A stretch of DNA of 64,000 nt, from contig JAQGDQ010000834.1 in assembly GCA_030141605.1 (NCBI GenBank), positions 26,342 to 90,341 on the forward strand, in the 5' to 3' direction. The DNA comes from Tubiluchus corallicola. Its lineage: Eukaryota; Animalia; Priapulida. This document shows positions 37,881-51,094 of the stretch, one piece after another. A program made the position numbers and the translations under genes. The notes beneath the pieces are model-generated. The model was not told the DNA's origin. It did not search any database and saw only the letters and a list, made by a program, of their open reading frames with translations. The number at the start of each line of letters is the position of its first letter. Within the stretch, counting starts at the first letter, position 1.

Positions 37881-37915
<35 letters not shown>

Positions 37916-38859
37916 TATAATAACATAAACACAAGTACAATTAAAAAATCACACAAATAAATATATATATATACATTAAAAGACAAATTACGATTTTTAC
38001 TATGTGCATAAAATTTCAACAATACGTGATTCTAAATTAATTTTGCTAAGAATTAATGTATTCAATCAGCACTGTGATATATATATATGTAGATGGGTTT
38101 GTTATAAATTATTGTATATTTTGTAATACATACATTTAGAAAGAGTCCTGTATTTGTGTTCCTGTATGCGTTCTTTATTTAAGTGCCTGATTTGTTAATT
38201 GTACTTGTATAAGACAATTGTACTTGTAAAAGACTATATATATATATAGTATTAGCAATACATATATATAGTATTTTTGTCTAGTAATTTGTCTTTTAAT
38301 ATATATATGCATATATAAATACGGTGAGAGGCTCAGAGAAGACAGTAGTCATCATAGTCTAATCTTTTACATCAATTCACTGCATCAACGGCATCTTTTC
38401 TTCTAAAATCTATGGTTTTTTCAACTGACGTTTTTAAACCCAAACAATGATAATGGTTTATTTCTGTCACGCGTCTTGCTTCAGTCCTCTTCAATGGCAA
38501 AGTCTCATATTGCTTCGGTGTCAGCGCCTGGATTGTTGAAATAACGTTTGCATCACAAAAGGGACTTGGGCGACTTAAAACGCTGGCGAAAACCGGTTAT
38601 CTTAAAGCTAGAAGTTATTTGCCTCTGGGGGCAGAAAGAGTTGCGTGGTTTATAATGCACCGTTTGAAGAAACTGAAAGTTTAATGGGCTTATTGCGGAC
38701 TTTCTGTGATTCTCTGTAAAGTTCTTGAGATTTCTAACAGTTGTAAATGACATAAAGCTTAATCATAAATCCAACCGTTTATTGAGCAGGTATATATTGA
38801 CATTCGGTTTACAATTGAGAAGTTAAAAGGACGAAGGGGAATTTAAAGTGTATCCGAAA

Positions 38860-39700
38860 GATCTTCCCATGCAGAGTTGTATTACGCTTAGCTGTTTGAA
38901 AGAATATTGTAATTGGAAAAGAAAAATCTGAGTGACTTAAAATATTTGTGCCAACTCGTCAGTTTAAGATGAGGTCCGGTTTTCCTTTAATCCCAGCGTG
39001 CACCACTGATTCACCAAAAAACACATTATTGATCATATTGACAACACTAAATAATTTAAACTTTTGTTTAGATAGTGAAGAGTGTTCTACAAATGCCAAG
39101 ATTAATTTTACAAATTTAACGCAAAGTTATCAAAACTTGTTTCAAACGACTTACCATCAAGATGGCTGCACCCAATGGTCATCGCAGTAGTTTAAATTTA
39201 CATTTTTATACAGCGTTACTGTTAATGCAAGCTCTGTATGCAATAAGACAGCACGTAAGTGATTACATCCCGTTGATGGTACAAGGACAACAAAATAATT
39301 TATTTACATATAACTAAAACGATTCTCTTGAAATTTTGTATCCTACATGCTGGCATTCCGGACGGAGACTGAGCTTGCGTTGACAGTAACGCTGTATAAA
39401 ACTTGCAATTAGGAGCAGCCATTTTAACGGTCAAAGAAGTTTAGATAACAATGCGTAAATTTCGAAAAAATAATCAGCGCGTACACTTCACTAACTAAGC
39501 AGAAATAAAAATTACTTTATCTTAATATAAATTAATACTTTTTTGTGAAATAGTGACGCTCCTTGGTGAACACTGGGATAGTGAAACAGTGACGTTGTAT
39601 CAGTTGGCGCAAAGATTTTAAATTACCAAGAATTTCCATTTCCAATTACATGAGACTTTCAAGTAGGTAAGTTATGCTGCGTAACATAATATTCTATAGA
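38860..39700. mobile_element. Two diverged family B fragments in inverted orientation
   Basis: 38860-39250 is colinear with 48600-48960; 39340-39700 is a reverse-orientation copy. Confidence 0.65.
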
Positions 39701-39949
39701 GATTTAGGGAGATGCTTTAAAACTGCCTATTCGTCTCCTTTGAACGCCGGTAGTCTGGTGCACTGTCTGTTCTGCTGTCCGTTCTCACATTTTGTACTCA
39801 TGATTTAAAACAGCTAAGCACAATGTTACGTAATATAATATTGTCCGGAAATTTAGGGACATGCTTTAAAACTGCTTATTCGTCTCCTTTAAACGCCGGT
39901 AGTCTGATGTACTGTCTGTTCTGCTGTCCGTTCTCACAATTTGTACTCG
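39678..39949. repeat. Tandem duplication with a period of about 148 bp
   Basis: ATGCTTTAAAACTGCyTATTCGTCTCCTTT...GTTCTCACA occurs twice. Confidence 0.9.
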
Positions 39950-40302
39950 TAACCTTTTGTTACGGTTGTATAACCCCTCGGCCATAAACAACAAGCACCC
40001 CCTCTCATGAAGCCAAGTTTTCACTGGAGCATAAACAACAAGCACCCTCTCTCACGAAGCCATAATCATAATAAACACAGCTCTATATGGAATCACGCTT
40101 GACGAACCACGAACAGAAGCCGTTTAATAAACAAGTTGACAAAACTACCCACTAAAATGTACTTCATTGACGTCTATTGAGTCATTATAGCAGAAAGAGA
40201 TATTAATGTTCCCCTGCCAAATGGGGTCGCTGTAAAATATCTTGTAATTGCGTCTCACCAAACTAAATTGGAAGAGAAATCCCCGTAACCTTCAATGAGT
40301 TA

Positions 40303-40941
40303 CAGGGGCGGAACTAGGGGGAGCGAGGGGGGTGCCCCCTGCAAAATCGGACAAATAATTTTTTTGCAGTGAAAATTGCAGTTCGCATGTAATCATTTTT
40401 AATATGAATTAGAATTAGGTAAACAAATGTTTGGTAGCTTCAGTGTGCGTGCAGACAAAACTCAGTGTGCATAGAGGTGCCTACCACAGTGTAGGCCTAC
40501 AGGGACCATACACAGTCACAGGCTCTACACACAGGCCAACCGGTCTGTGTGCACAGCTATAGGATGCTGGTGTAGCAGCGGTACCATGCTGAAATTTGAG
40601 ACTTTTTGAAAACTTTAGACGTTTTTGTAGTATCGTTCCACATTTCATTTTGACATTATTTCCTGCGTATTATTTTCTTAAAACTTGTGTGTGATAAATT
40701 ACTGTAAATAACAATTTAGTTAGAGGCACATTAATAACGTAAGGTTAACTGAGAGTTAATTTTCTCATTATTGCTCTGTCCGCTACGCCGTCCTACACAC
40801 ATGCTAATTATTGGCCTGCATGCAGAATAAAAGGGGTTAAAAAATTGGCTTAACCAACCATTATTTAACCACTTCGGATACCTCGCCGTCCCAGAAAATT
40901 TTTGCGCCCCCCCCTGCCTGTCACATCTAGTTCCGCCCCTG
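40303..40941. mobile_element. hAT-type MITE (639 bp)
   Basis: TIR CAGGGGCGGAACTAG; perfect 8-bp TSD ATGAGTTA. Confidence 0.93.
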
Positions 40942-41008
40942 ATGAGTTAATCTATCATACAAAGAGAATCTGTCAAACAATGGTATGGGCATTCAATAAC
41001 AAAGATAT

Positions 41009-41804
41009 CAGGTGGCGCAAAAAATTTGCGGAAGTTTCGATCACGAAAATGAAAGATGAAGAAAAATGAAAGCAGAAAAAAAAGAAAAATAAATGAAAGT
41101 TACCACACTGATGCTGCAGACACTTAGGTATAAACACCAACAATTTTAGGTCATTTATTTAGAATTTCCAAATATACAGAAATTTGTCTTAAATAAACGT
41201 CAAAAAACGCCGGTAAAAACCTTGTGTCACTATTGTTAAAATTTGCATCAAGTGATAAATGTTTCCACCATTTTCACTGTAAACCAAAGACGTTCCTTCC
41301 AATTTCTCAGTTCTTAAAGCGGTATTTGGTCCCAGCAGTAAACAGATTTTGCCTTTAGTTCATCAAAGTCAAACGGTTCCGCGTGGCTGTCGTACATCTT
41401 CTCTTCGAGAGAATTCCAGATACCGTAGCTCATTGAACCAAGTTCCATTTTTTCTCGACAGCAAATCTTTATCAATGTTTTATTCTCTGCGGCAAGACCA
41501 ATGACGTAAACAGTTTCATTTCTTCATTGTTTCGCTGTCATGTTTGAGTGTTTTAATACGTCATTGAACGTGGCTGTTGTTCAGTTGATGATTAGCTTAA
41601 GTTGTTCCGGCATTTAAGGTTTTAACATGCAAAGTTTTTCGGTCATAACTTAAAAATCACTAAAACTATAAACTCGTAACTTTCACAGCCAAAAGTTAAA
41701 CTATTGTAATATCAAGTTGTGAAGTTTCAACTTTGTAAGGCACTTGGTTTTAATGTTGCTTCCAATGTAGTGTAAACTTCGACACATTTTTTCGCGCCAC
41801 CCGG
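41009..41804 (-). mobile_element. Tc1/mariner-superfamily relic
   Basis: Imperfect TIRs (CAGGTGGCGCAAAAAA / TTTTTTCGCGCCACCCGG-TA). The minus strand at about 41350-41440 reads SMSYGIWNSLEEKMY...DELKAK, like the motif following PDLNP in Tc1/mariner transposases. Confidence 0.7.
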
Positions 41805-42681
41805 TATAAGAAAATAATGTGACGTGTCAGCTTCATGTAAAATTTAATAAAATTTTGGTGTAATATCAGTAAAAATGTGTAAATCAAAAAGCAGCTTTCA
41901 AGCGTACGTAGAAATACTGGTAGATAAATAAACATCTTATTTCATCTTATTCGGTTATTAGAGCTTTCAGAGGAAACTTCACTGTCTGTTTAGTTTAGTC
42001 GGTCACTTGGTCACTTAGTAACCCGCAATCCTAACCCAAGTGCTCTACTGTATAGTTTAACGACTACAAATCAGCTGCCCGCCCCCCACGATCATATTCC
42101 TCCCCTTGCAACCCCTGACTTCTCCACAATTCCTTTCCCATTTTGAATCCACATCATATAAATTATTCAGCACCATTACTTAAATTACAGTGTCAATGAT
42201 AATTACTGAAACAATTTATGAAACAATATTTCTCTTTTAACTGCAGTCAAATAAAAACGAACTCCTTACTTCGGTGAACAGTGAAACTTACATTTGACTT
42301 AATACGAAAATAATCGTGTTGTTGGGAAGAGAAAAAGGGCTTCAAAACTTTGTAAAGACAAGAAACAGAGCAAGAACGAGTGAAATGATCGACATCAGAA
42401 ACTGTTAATCATTTGGGAAATTATAAATTATGTCAAACAGCAACACTGTTCAAATTTAGAGCCGATATCTAACTCTTTAACTGCAGCAATGTAGGCACCA
42501 ACAATGCGCTCTCGCCAAGTGTGACACCCCCACCCCCCACACACACACCCTACTACGTTCACTTCTGTACTATTTTAAAGTATGACCTACCAAACACGGC
42601 TGAACAAACATTAGGTAATCATGTTGAAGTTTAAGACAGAGATTATTTTATCTGATTTTTGAAAGATACCTGCCATGGTGG

Positions 42682-43103
42682 CAGTGCCGAATTATAACCT
42701 GTTGGGGCCTCTAGGCTCTAAACAAGGACGAAGCTACCCCCTAACTCGCTCGCACATGTCTTGAATGTGGTGATATATTTTAGCTACACTTACACAGCTT
42801 GAAGTAAATTTATCCCAGATTTACATAGCTTCAAACAGGGGCCCTTTATCTAAAATAAAAGGCATCAGAAAAGGACCCTTTATCTCAAATAAGGGACCAC
42901 GAACAGAGGCAACTTTTTCAAATTGGGTCTTTCAGACCTCCTTTTTCAAGTTGAAATTTTACTTTAAGTAAAGTGTATTGTTTCAGCAATACAAAATATT
43001 AAAAGATTACAGTCATTTTTCAAAAATGTAGGTATTTGAAAACATTTAAGCTTGAAAGGCCTTAATTGCGGCCTATACTAGTTTATAGGGGTAATTCGGC
43101 CTG
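42682..43103. mobile_element. hAT-type MITE (422 bp)
   Basis: TIRs CAGTGCCGAATTA / TAATTCGGCCTG; perfect 8-bp TSD CATGGTGG. Confidence 0.9.
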
Positions 43104-43429
43104 CATGGTGGTAGTATTTAATTACAAAATGCTTAACCAATGTGAGTAATCACTGTGCAATAAACCTCCACTTGGGTAAGTCACACTTCATTGCAAAAAG
43201 GAACTTATTAAAATACGGAATCACGCTTGGTAAGAATCTATTACTGGCTTCAGTATTGCTGTACTTACATGGCTTCACGGTTTCATACTGGCTGAGATTT
43301 GGCTCTAAAATCGCACAGCGCTGTAACCGTTGTTTACTATGACTTAAAATTTCCCAAATGATGATGATGATGATGATGATGATGATCACTTGATGCTCGG
43401 AAGCTGATGGATGAATGAATCTTGAATAT

Positions 43430-43631
43430 CTTTACAATTTGCTTCATACAATTCATTATCATATATAATCATAACTTATATCCACACAATGTAACTTTCT
43501 CCCGTTCCTCCTCTAACGGAAGTTCCTTCGCTTTACAATTTGCTTCATACAGTTCATTATCATATATAATCATAACTTATATCCACACAATGTAACTTTC
43601 TCCCGTTCCTCCTCTAACGGAAGTTCCTTCG
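43430..43631. repeat. 101-bp tandem duplication
   Basis: 43430-43530 is repeated at 43531-43631 with one visible mismatch. Confidence 0.95.
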
Positions 43632-44314
43632 CAATTACTCCGCTGGCAAAAATTCCTCCCCTGGGAGTATCATTGCCATAGATCACATTTTAACGTTTTG
43701 TTAAAAGGAGTAAACTTGCCCCCCGCGTACAACCGTTGTTCATCAATAGCAAATCAATAAATCACTGAACCACATGGAGTCATTTTCTACTAAACTACTA
43801 AACGAAGTTGTTGAAAAAAAACTAGGTGATTATCATCTCTCTGAAAAGATGTAATTACTGAAACAACATCTGCAAATGGTGACCTAAACATTTGTAGTGT
43901 GTAAAGCTTAAACAACGGAATATCTTAAATATAATAATTAATAATAATGGTAATGATAATGACAGTGAGTCAGCAACAATGAAAACGATAATGATACAGA
44001 TTATTATGATAATGATGATGATACTGACGACGATGACGATGATACTGCCACTGATAATGACAATAAATATGAAGAGGAAAATGGAGCAGGGGAATTTCTT
44101 CACATCCACTGGTGGTGATGGTAGTGATGGTGGTGGTGGTGGTGGTGGTGATGATGATGGTGATGATGATATCAGATGGCCAAAATATCTGGCAAGCAAT
44201 TTACGAAAAGCTTAAAATATACGTCTTATTTATTTTATGAGAATTTTTTATTATTGCTTATAAATCTTATAATCTCCATTTATATCTTAGTGCAGAAGTT
44301 TGATAAGAAAATAT

Positions 44315-45336
44315 TAGCACAAACACAATTTCGCGTTCACGCCACTAGTTCTTCGCTGTTCCTTGCATTTCGCCATTCTCTAATTAGACGGGCACCAGTG
44401 CCTGTGTTTCAGAAACGCGTTGCACAAAAAACAGGTGTCGTACCTCTCAGTCCAGATGTGTTAGTTTGTGACGAGCTACACACGTTCGACAGCTCATGCG
44501 CGAGCACAGCGTTAAATTTGAAATTTGAATTTTTTATCTTAAAACTTGCTTTGTTTTACTACAACACACTAAATATCTTCCAGTAGCACTGTACTTCAAT
44601 TTTTGCTTTCGCAAACACGTGCTGAAATATTTTTACTGTTGAAAATTTTGCTAGTTTATGAGGTCATCAATAATTGGGCTTGTCCGTCATTAATTAAGTT
44701 TTCTAGTATTTAATCATCAGAAATGCTTTTGTAACATTCTTCTTCTTCTTCTTCTTCTTCCCAGCTTTTCCCTATTCGGGGTCGCCGTTGTGAATGAGTC
44801 TTCCGCACGCATTCCTGTTGTTGACCACCTCTTCATTTATGTCTTCAATTCCCACAAGATCTTCACCGACTCTTCTTTTCAGGTGTCCATACCATCGCAA
44901 TCTTGCGAGGCTTCCACTACTTTTACTGTTCCTCTGATATTATTATTTCTAATTTTATGTCTTCTTGTTATTCCCACCATCCATCTCAACATCCTCATCT
45001 CCACCACACCCATTTTCTTCTCTTCTGTCTTCTTTAGAGAAGCTGCTTCCAGCCGATAGATTAGAACGGGTCTGACCACTTCTTAGTGGACTCACCTTTA
45101 AGTCTCACCGACTCATTCATAGAAGGTTTTGACGCAGTTTTTACAGGCGGATGCCCTTCCTGACCCTAACCCTCCCTATTTATCCGGGCTTGGGACAGGC
45201 ACTGAGTTGGGCTGGCTTGCCCCCCTCCCCCCCAGTGGCTAGGTTCAATGCTTTTGTAGCATTATTGGTGTTAAAATGTATACTTTTTATCGGATTTGAA
45301 AATGGGATAGTGTTTGAAAACTCATCCTGTCTTCCT
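44315..45336 (-). mobile_element. Kolobok-like family A copy split by an RTE insertion
   Basis: Colinear with about 32425-32939 on both sides of the insert; ends TCTTCCT-TTAA. Confidence 0.85.
44739..45246 (-). mobile_element. Internally deleted (bipartite) RTE-clade retroelement, 508 bp
   Basis: (GAA)n tail; VRPVLIYRLEAASLKKTEEKKMGVVEMRMLRWMVGITRRHKIRNNNIRG is an RTE post-RT motif. A 5'-UTR-like block spans about 45118-45246. The 17-bp TSD AATGCTTTTGTArCATT lies at 44722-44738 and 45247-45263. Confidence 0.88.
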
Positions 45337-46327
45337 TTAAATGAATAATGTTGCTCTACAGTTCGTCCTGTTCAAACGCATTTCCGATTCAAATACCACA
45401 TTGAATGACACCCGTATGTAACACGTGTATCAGCGCGAACCAACACGCATCATTAATCATTTGAGAAATTAAAATGATGAAATACCGCCTGGTGATAATT
45501 ACTGTCTGTATGAATAAGACGACTCGTCAAGCTGTGGTGCTGTGAGCATGGACAGTTTTGTACAGGGTGGCACATGACCTTTCGCAAGGAGGTACAAAGC
45601 CAACGAGTAACATATTAGGGGGCAAAGGTAACGAATATCGTGACGTCATGGATGAAAAACGACAGCACTTTTGGAATCCTCTGGTTCACTTTCTATCAGT
45701 CGATAACACATCTAGACGTGATGGTTTAGAAGACTGGATTTGGGCGTACAGTGTAATGCAATATGTACTGTAGTAATGCATCAAATTAGGTAAAAATTTT
45801 GTTAATCAAATGAAATTTGCCTTGAACAAAGTAAAAAATCGTCGTTAAAGCGAAACGTGTGTCGTTAAGTGAAAAAAAGGTGTCGTCAAATGATCGGCAC
45901 CGTTCAAACTAAACGTCGTTAAGCCGGGAGTCGTTAAGCGAGGACTTACTGTATATGTCAAAAGTATCAAAGCCGATTTTGACCGATTTTTTGTCGCGGG
46001 ATTAGCGACTGCATTCTTACAGAATCAGAAGAGAAAATTGTATTGCAATTTATAGTTAAAATACCACAACTTTATTAAGACGTTTACTTTACATAGTTCA
46101 AATCATGATAAACGTTTCAACAGACTACTGCTGTTATCAACAGTAGTAAATTTACAAACATACAACCAGTTTATATAGGCACAGCCTATTATGCACTAAT
46201 TAAATAGTTAACAGAAGCCAAATAGGTAATGAATGAGCGAACCAGTACAGAAATTGATACAGTAACTTAAACTTATGCTAATACTGTCTGTTAAATGAGC
46301 GACAGGAAATAAATCTTGTCTTTATCG

Positions 46328-46670
46328 CAGGGGTTCTCAACCGGGGGGAATGAGCCACCTGCAGGGGGGAACGAATGGGTGGAAAAATAAAAATAAAAAA
46401 TATGTAGAAAAGCAGAGAAAAAACTACAGATAAAAACTACTAGCATACTACAGATAAAATTAATTTGCTCGCGTTTTGCTCCTTTGTTTAGATTGTGCCC
46501 AGCGTTTTTTGATAAATGTATATACTCACTATTCTAATAACTGAGTGGCTTGTTGTTCGTTTTCCTTTTCTTTCACAGTATGAGTACCAATGAGTATGGG
46601 CTAGGGGAGAACGAGAGAATCAACAGCCATCAAAAGGGGGAAACGGGTCAAAAAAGTTTGGGAACCACTG
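46328..46670. mobile_element. hAT (Buster-type) MITE
   Basis: TIRs CAGGGGTTCTCAA / TTGGGAACCACTG; 6/8 TSD CTTTATCG / GTCTATCG with central TA. Confidence 0.85.
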
Positions 46671-47149
46671 GTCTATCGTTTCAGCAGCAGTTTGACGTAG
46701 CAAATTATTCTGTACTGTTACGTGCTGTTTTGTAACCCCTCTCGCAAAAGGCTAGGTACCACACCCCCTGAGGAAGACAAGAATGGTTTTCCATTACATA
46801 TTAGAAGCCAAATGATTGATTCCGTCAGGTTCTGCAAGACTATCGTGCTTGCATTCACGTAATCAAAGCAGACGTTTGTAGTATTTATTTAGTAAACAGC
46901 GAGCTCGTCATTACTTAATAAAAAGCAACGGGGTTATTTAATTCACGAAGGCTCATCATTATAAGCACTTTGCGAATTTACGTAAATTTCAAGCTTGACG
47001 TAACGCTAATGGAGCTTTGAAAAGCGCAGCTGTCTGGAAGAATAATTTCCCTTCCCGGTTCGTACCTGCGGCAAATGACTCGAAGTGCGACTACAAAGTT
47101 GGTCCCCAAAATTAGCCGGAAACTTTGTGTGCTTAGCCTAGATCCCTAA

Positions 47150-47844
47150 TGGACAAGAAAAGGGGTACCTGAAAAAGGTTTCAGAAAAATCGCCTTAAAA
47201 AAATTATATTATTTTAAATTACAACATTTCTATTCATATATTGTACTCGCGTTAAAATGAATTTTCGTTTGTTTTCATTTAAGTAAATTTCCAGTAATAC
47301 TGCACCGACCGAGCCATTACGTGACATCATACACGCACAATGTAAACCACGAGAAGATAAGGAAATGTTAAATTAAGTCCCAAAAGCACTTTCCATGCAA
47401 AGTCATATTACTTAGCGTTTCGCTTGCCTGCTTGAAAGACTTATGTAACTAGAAAAGATAATTATTAATTATTTAAATGTTTTCACCAACTGGTGAAATG
47501 TCAATGACTCACCCTCCAGGGTGCACCACTCACTAACCAAAAAACGCATTTTTAATCTTATTGACAAGATATAGTCATTTAAAATTTTACTTAGTTAGCG
47601 ACGTGTGCGCTACGAATGCTCTGATTATTTTTTCAAACTTTACTCAGTGTTATCTAAACTTGTTTCAAATGACTTTTCGTCAAAATGGATGCGTCTAACG
47701 GTCATCGCGGGAGTTTAAATTTACATGTTTTATACAGTATTACTGCCCATGCGAGTCCTGTACGCAAAAAGGCACTACGTCAGTGGTATAAAATTTCACG
47801 ACGAATTTTTAAAGCTTTATGTAAGTGGAAGGTTTTCTTGTGCT
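47150..47844 (+). mobile_element. Kolobok-like family B, near full length
   Basis: Reverse complement of 5918-6596; termini tGGACAAGAAAA ... TTTTCTTGTGCT. Confidence 0.8.
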
Positions 47845-49331
47845 TCAAAAGTAAAAGCTTAGCTGGAAAAAAGGTTAAACCCTCAGAATACACACTACAG
47901 CGTCCCTTGCTATTTTATTGTATGTTTACTTATCCGCTAAATTTAGTTTTGATTTACTTAAAACAGTAGAAGGTTTTTCAGTGTTTTAGAGTCAAATAGT
48001 AGTCATAACTCATAACACCAACACTTAAACAATGCTTAGTCTGGTAGGAACATCAAAGAGTGACCTGAAAACTGCCTTTGGGAAGCTTTCTGCCAAACTT
48101 CTAATTGTTTAGGACAGTGATGGTTCATGTGAATCCAAAGATGACCAAGACATCCCTACTGGTTCACTGCCCCACCTAAAGGTAATCTGCTGATTATGTA
48201 TAGGTTTCGGTCTTGCTACACTTATCTGCTAGTAGGCCACTGCCGCTGAGTGTTTGCAATGCATCAAACAGCATAAAAAGTGGAAATTTTCAGGTTTTCT
48301 TATGAATAACCATTTTTTTGGTTTCCATTCACATAAAAATCCAACCTTCTAGCTACAATTCTGCACTGTCATCCTAACACACCGCAAATGTTTTTTATTT
48401 GGCAATGTTGATTTACAAAACGATAAATGGCTACAGTTTTGTCAATAGCACAATCTCATGCTCCCATCTCTATTAGAAACTCTCACGACCATTGAACGGA
48501 TTTATTTACCAAACTCGACAGCTAAAAGGGAAAGTAAAGAGCAACTCTAGACTCCTTTAAACTTTAAACTCCTTAAACTTTAAACATCTCCCAAAAAACT
48601 TTCCATACAATGTTATATTGCTTCCATTACGTTTACCTGTTTGAAAGACTGATGTAATTGGAAAAGAAAAATCTCAGTGACTTAAAATATTTGTGCCAAC
48701 TCGTAAAACAGCACTGTATCGCTATCCCAGCGTGCACCACTGATTCACCGAAAAACACATAGACCTTTTAACAACACAAAGTAATTTAAACTATTGTTTA
48801 TGTTTAGTGAAGAGTGCGCCACGAATACTCCGGTTATTTTTTCGAACTTTACGCGATGTTATCTAAACACGTTTCACCCGATCTACCATTAAAATGGCTG
48901 CGTCTAACGGTCATCACGGGAGTTTAAATTTACAAGTTTTATATAGCGTTACTGCTAATGGTGAGTGACATAACTACAAAAAAATTCAAGCTTCATTTAT
49001 GAAGAGTTTTCTTATAATTTAAATAATACGTCAAGTATTTACTTTGATGTAATGTGAACTCTCTTTCATGAACTAAGCTTGCTATAAAAAGGATTAACCG
49101 CTTAATGGCCGTCAGCCTTTCACACACCGACATACTCGCGTGGCGCGTGCCCTAAATTACATAATCAGACATCTAATGCTTGCCTCCATGCAAGTTAGGC
49201 ATGGCAGGGAATTAAATGAACTTTCCGACTAATGAATGTATATGGGAAATCATGGCGTACTGAGTACACTGTCGAAACACTAGTGGTCGCGCGCTGTACC
49301 CGTACAAAAAACCAATCATATGCCTCCAGCT

Positions 49332-49847
49332 CAGTGGTTCTTAACCTGGGTTCGATCGAACCCTAGGGGTTCGGTGAGTCGATCTCAGGGGTTCGGCAGA
49401 GCTCCAGTTATGAACAAGTATCCAGTTATTGCTAAGAAAGCCCTGGATTTTTATACCATTTGTTACAACACATCTTTGTGAGCAATCCTTTTCGAGGATG
49501 CTGGACATAAAAACGAAGAAAGGGAACAGACTTTGCTGTGAAAATGACATGAGAGTGGCACTTGCCAAGGTGAAGCCACGCATATCTGAACTGGTCTCTC
49601 AAAGGCAACAGCAGAAGTCACACTGATTTGCAGGTATGTAATTTGTTGTGAGTTTATGCATTGTGTTGGCTTTGTTCTTTGAACAAGGTGATGTTCATGC
49701 ACGGCTCATTTTGTGTACCAGTAAAAAACACATCTATGTCTTGAATTTGAAAAAAATCACATTTTATTTTTCACTAAAGAGGGGTTCGGTGAATGCGCAT
49801 ATGAAACTGGTGGGGTTCGGTACCTCCAACAAGGTTAAGAACCACTG
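49332..49847 (+). mobile_element. Internally deleted Buster-family hAT transposon (516 bp)
   Basis: Perfect TIR CAGTGGTTCTTAACCT and 6/8 TSD CTCCAGCT / CTCTAGTT. It retains the dimerisation-domain C-terminus PFVTTHLCEQSFSRMLDIKTKKGNRL...DMRVAL...PRISELVSQRQQQKSH* (to 49626). Confidence 0.93.
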
Positions 49848-49922
49848 CTCTAGTTGTACAAAAATTTAAAGAAAAGATCACATCATTTAGCATGTTGCGT
49901 TTATCTTATTGCTAGTAATTAA

Positions 49923-50461
49923 AGGAAAACTGGATGATTGCTTATACTCAATCTCATTTTAATTTACTGTCCAAAATATACATTTTTCTTGCCTGTACAA
50001 GCTAGCAATTGTTTCTTATATTTGAATAATTACTTTAGAAAGTTAGTTAACGGCAACCGAACACAGCTACTGCTTACGTCAGAAACTAACCACAGCTTGT
50101 GCAATGGCAAGCATCTTCCCTTGCGCGTCAAGCACGTTTGCGTAAGTTTTACAGCACTGCTTAAACGCGTGATGTCACGAAAATGGGCTCTACGCCACAT
50201 GACGTCAGAAACTAACACAGCAGTTCATGATCTCGGTGCCGCCTTCTATTTGTCGGCCACGCGCATGTGACAAAAAGACGCCGCTTCCAATCTTAGTAGA
50301 TTCACTGGGCCGTGCGTAGCTTTGAAAGTTTAACGAAATTTGAGTATCCGACGTAATTATTATTTAATCTAAGCTTTGATTCAAAAAAGCTATTGTAGTT
50401 TTCAATATTTTAGAGCATTCTTTATTCTGAACTAATGTAGACACAATCGTCCGGTTTTCTT
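49923..50461. mobile_element. Kolobok-like element, family D
   Basis: TTAA-AGGAAAACTGGATGATTG ... CAATCGTCCGGTTTTCTT-TTAA; a related left end lies near 7545. Confidence 0.75.
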
Positions 50462-50465
50462 TTAA

Positions 50466-51028
50466 AGGACAAGAAAACGGGTACATGAAGTAGGATTCAG
50501 AAAAATCGCCTTAAAAAATTACACTACTTAATTTCTCGTACTCCAGTTGAAAGGATTTTTTGCTTGTTTTTATTTTAAGTCCACTGCAATATTGTTCTGA
50601 AGTCGCCATTGCATGACGTCACTGCGACACGTAAATCAGGGGAAGAAAAGGCAATGTTAGATTATGTCCCAAAAAAACTTTCCGTGCAAATCTATATTAC
50701 TTAGCATTTCGCTTTCCTGCTGGAAAGACGTATGTAACTAGAAATGATAATTTAAAATGTTTCAACTGGTAAAATGTCGCTGACTCACCCTCCAGGGTGC
50801 GCCACTCAAAACCAAGAACTCACATTACTCAGTCTTATCAAAACTTGTTTCAAACGACCTACCATCAAAATGGCTGCGCCAACGGTCATCGCGGGAGTTT
50901 AAATTTACACATTTTATACAGCGTTACGGCCGATTGAAGTCCTGCATGGAAAAGGTAGTACGGTAAATGACATAAAATTTCAACATGAATTTTTTAAACT
51001 TTATGTAAGCGGAGGGTTTTCTTGTGCT
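50466..51028 (+). mobile_element. Kolobok-like family B copy abutting the family D element at a shared TTAA
   Basis: Begins AGGACAAGAAAA right after TTAA 50462-50465; ends TTTTCTTGTGCT. Confidence 0.8.
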
Positions 51029-51094
51029 GAAAAAATATAACAAAGAAGCTTACAAAATAATGTCAACACGACATTAACTACTGCTGCTGTATTG

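Noticed and set aside
43150-43389. ORF ending SNRFLPSVIPYFNKFL
   Set aside because: Probably a decayed LINE ORF2 C-terminus fused to an (ATC)n tract; not a host gene and too degraded to classify.
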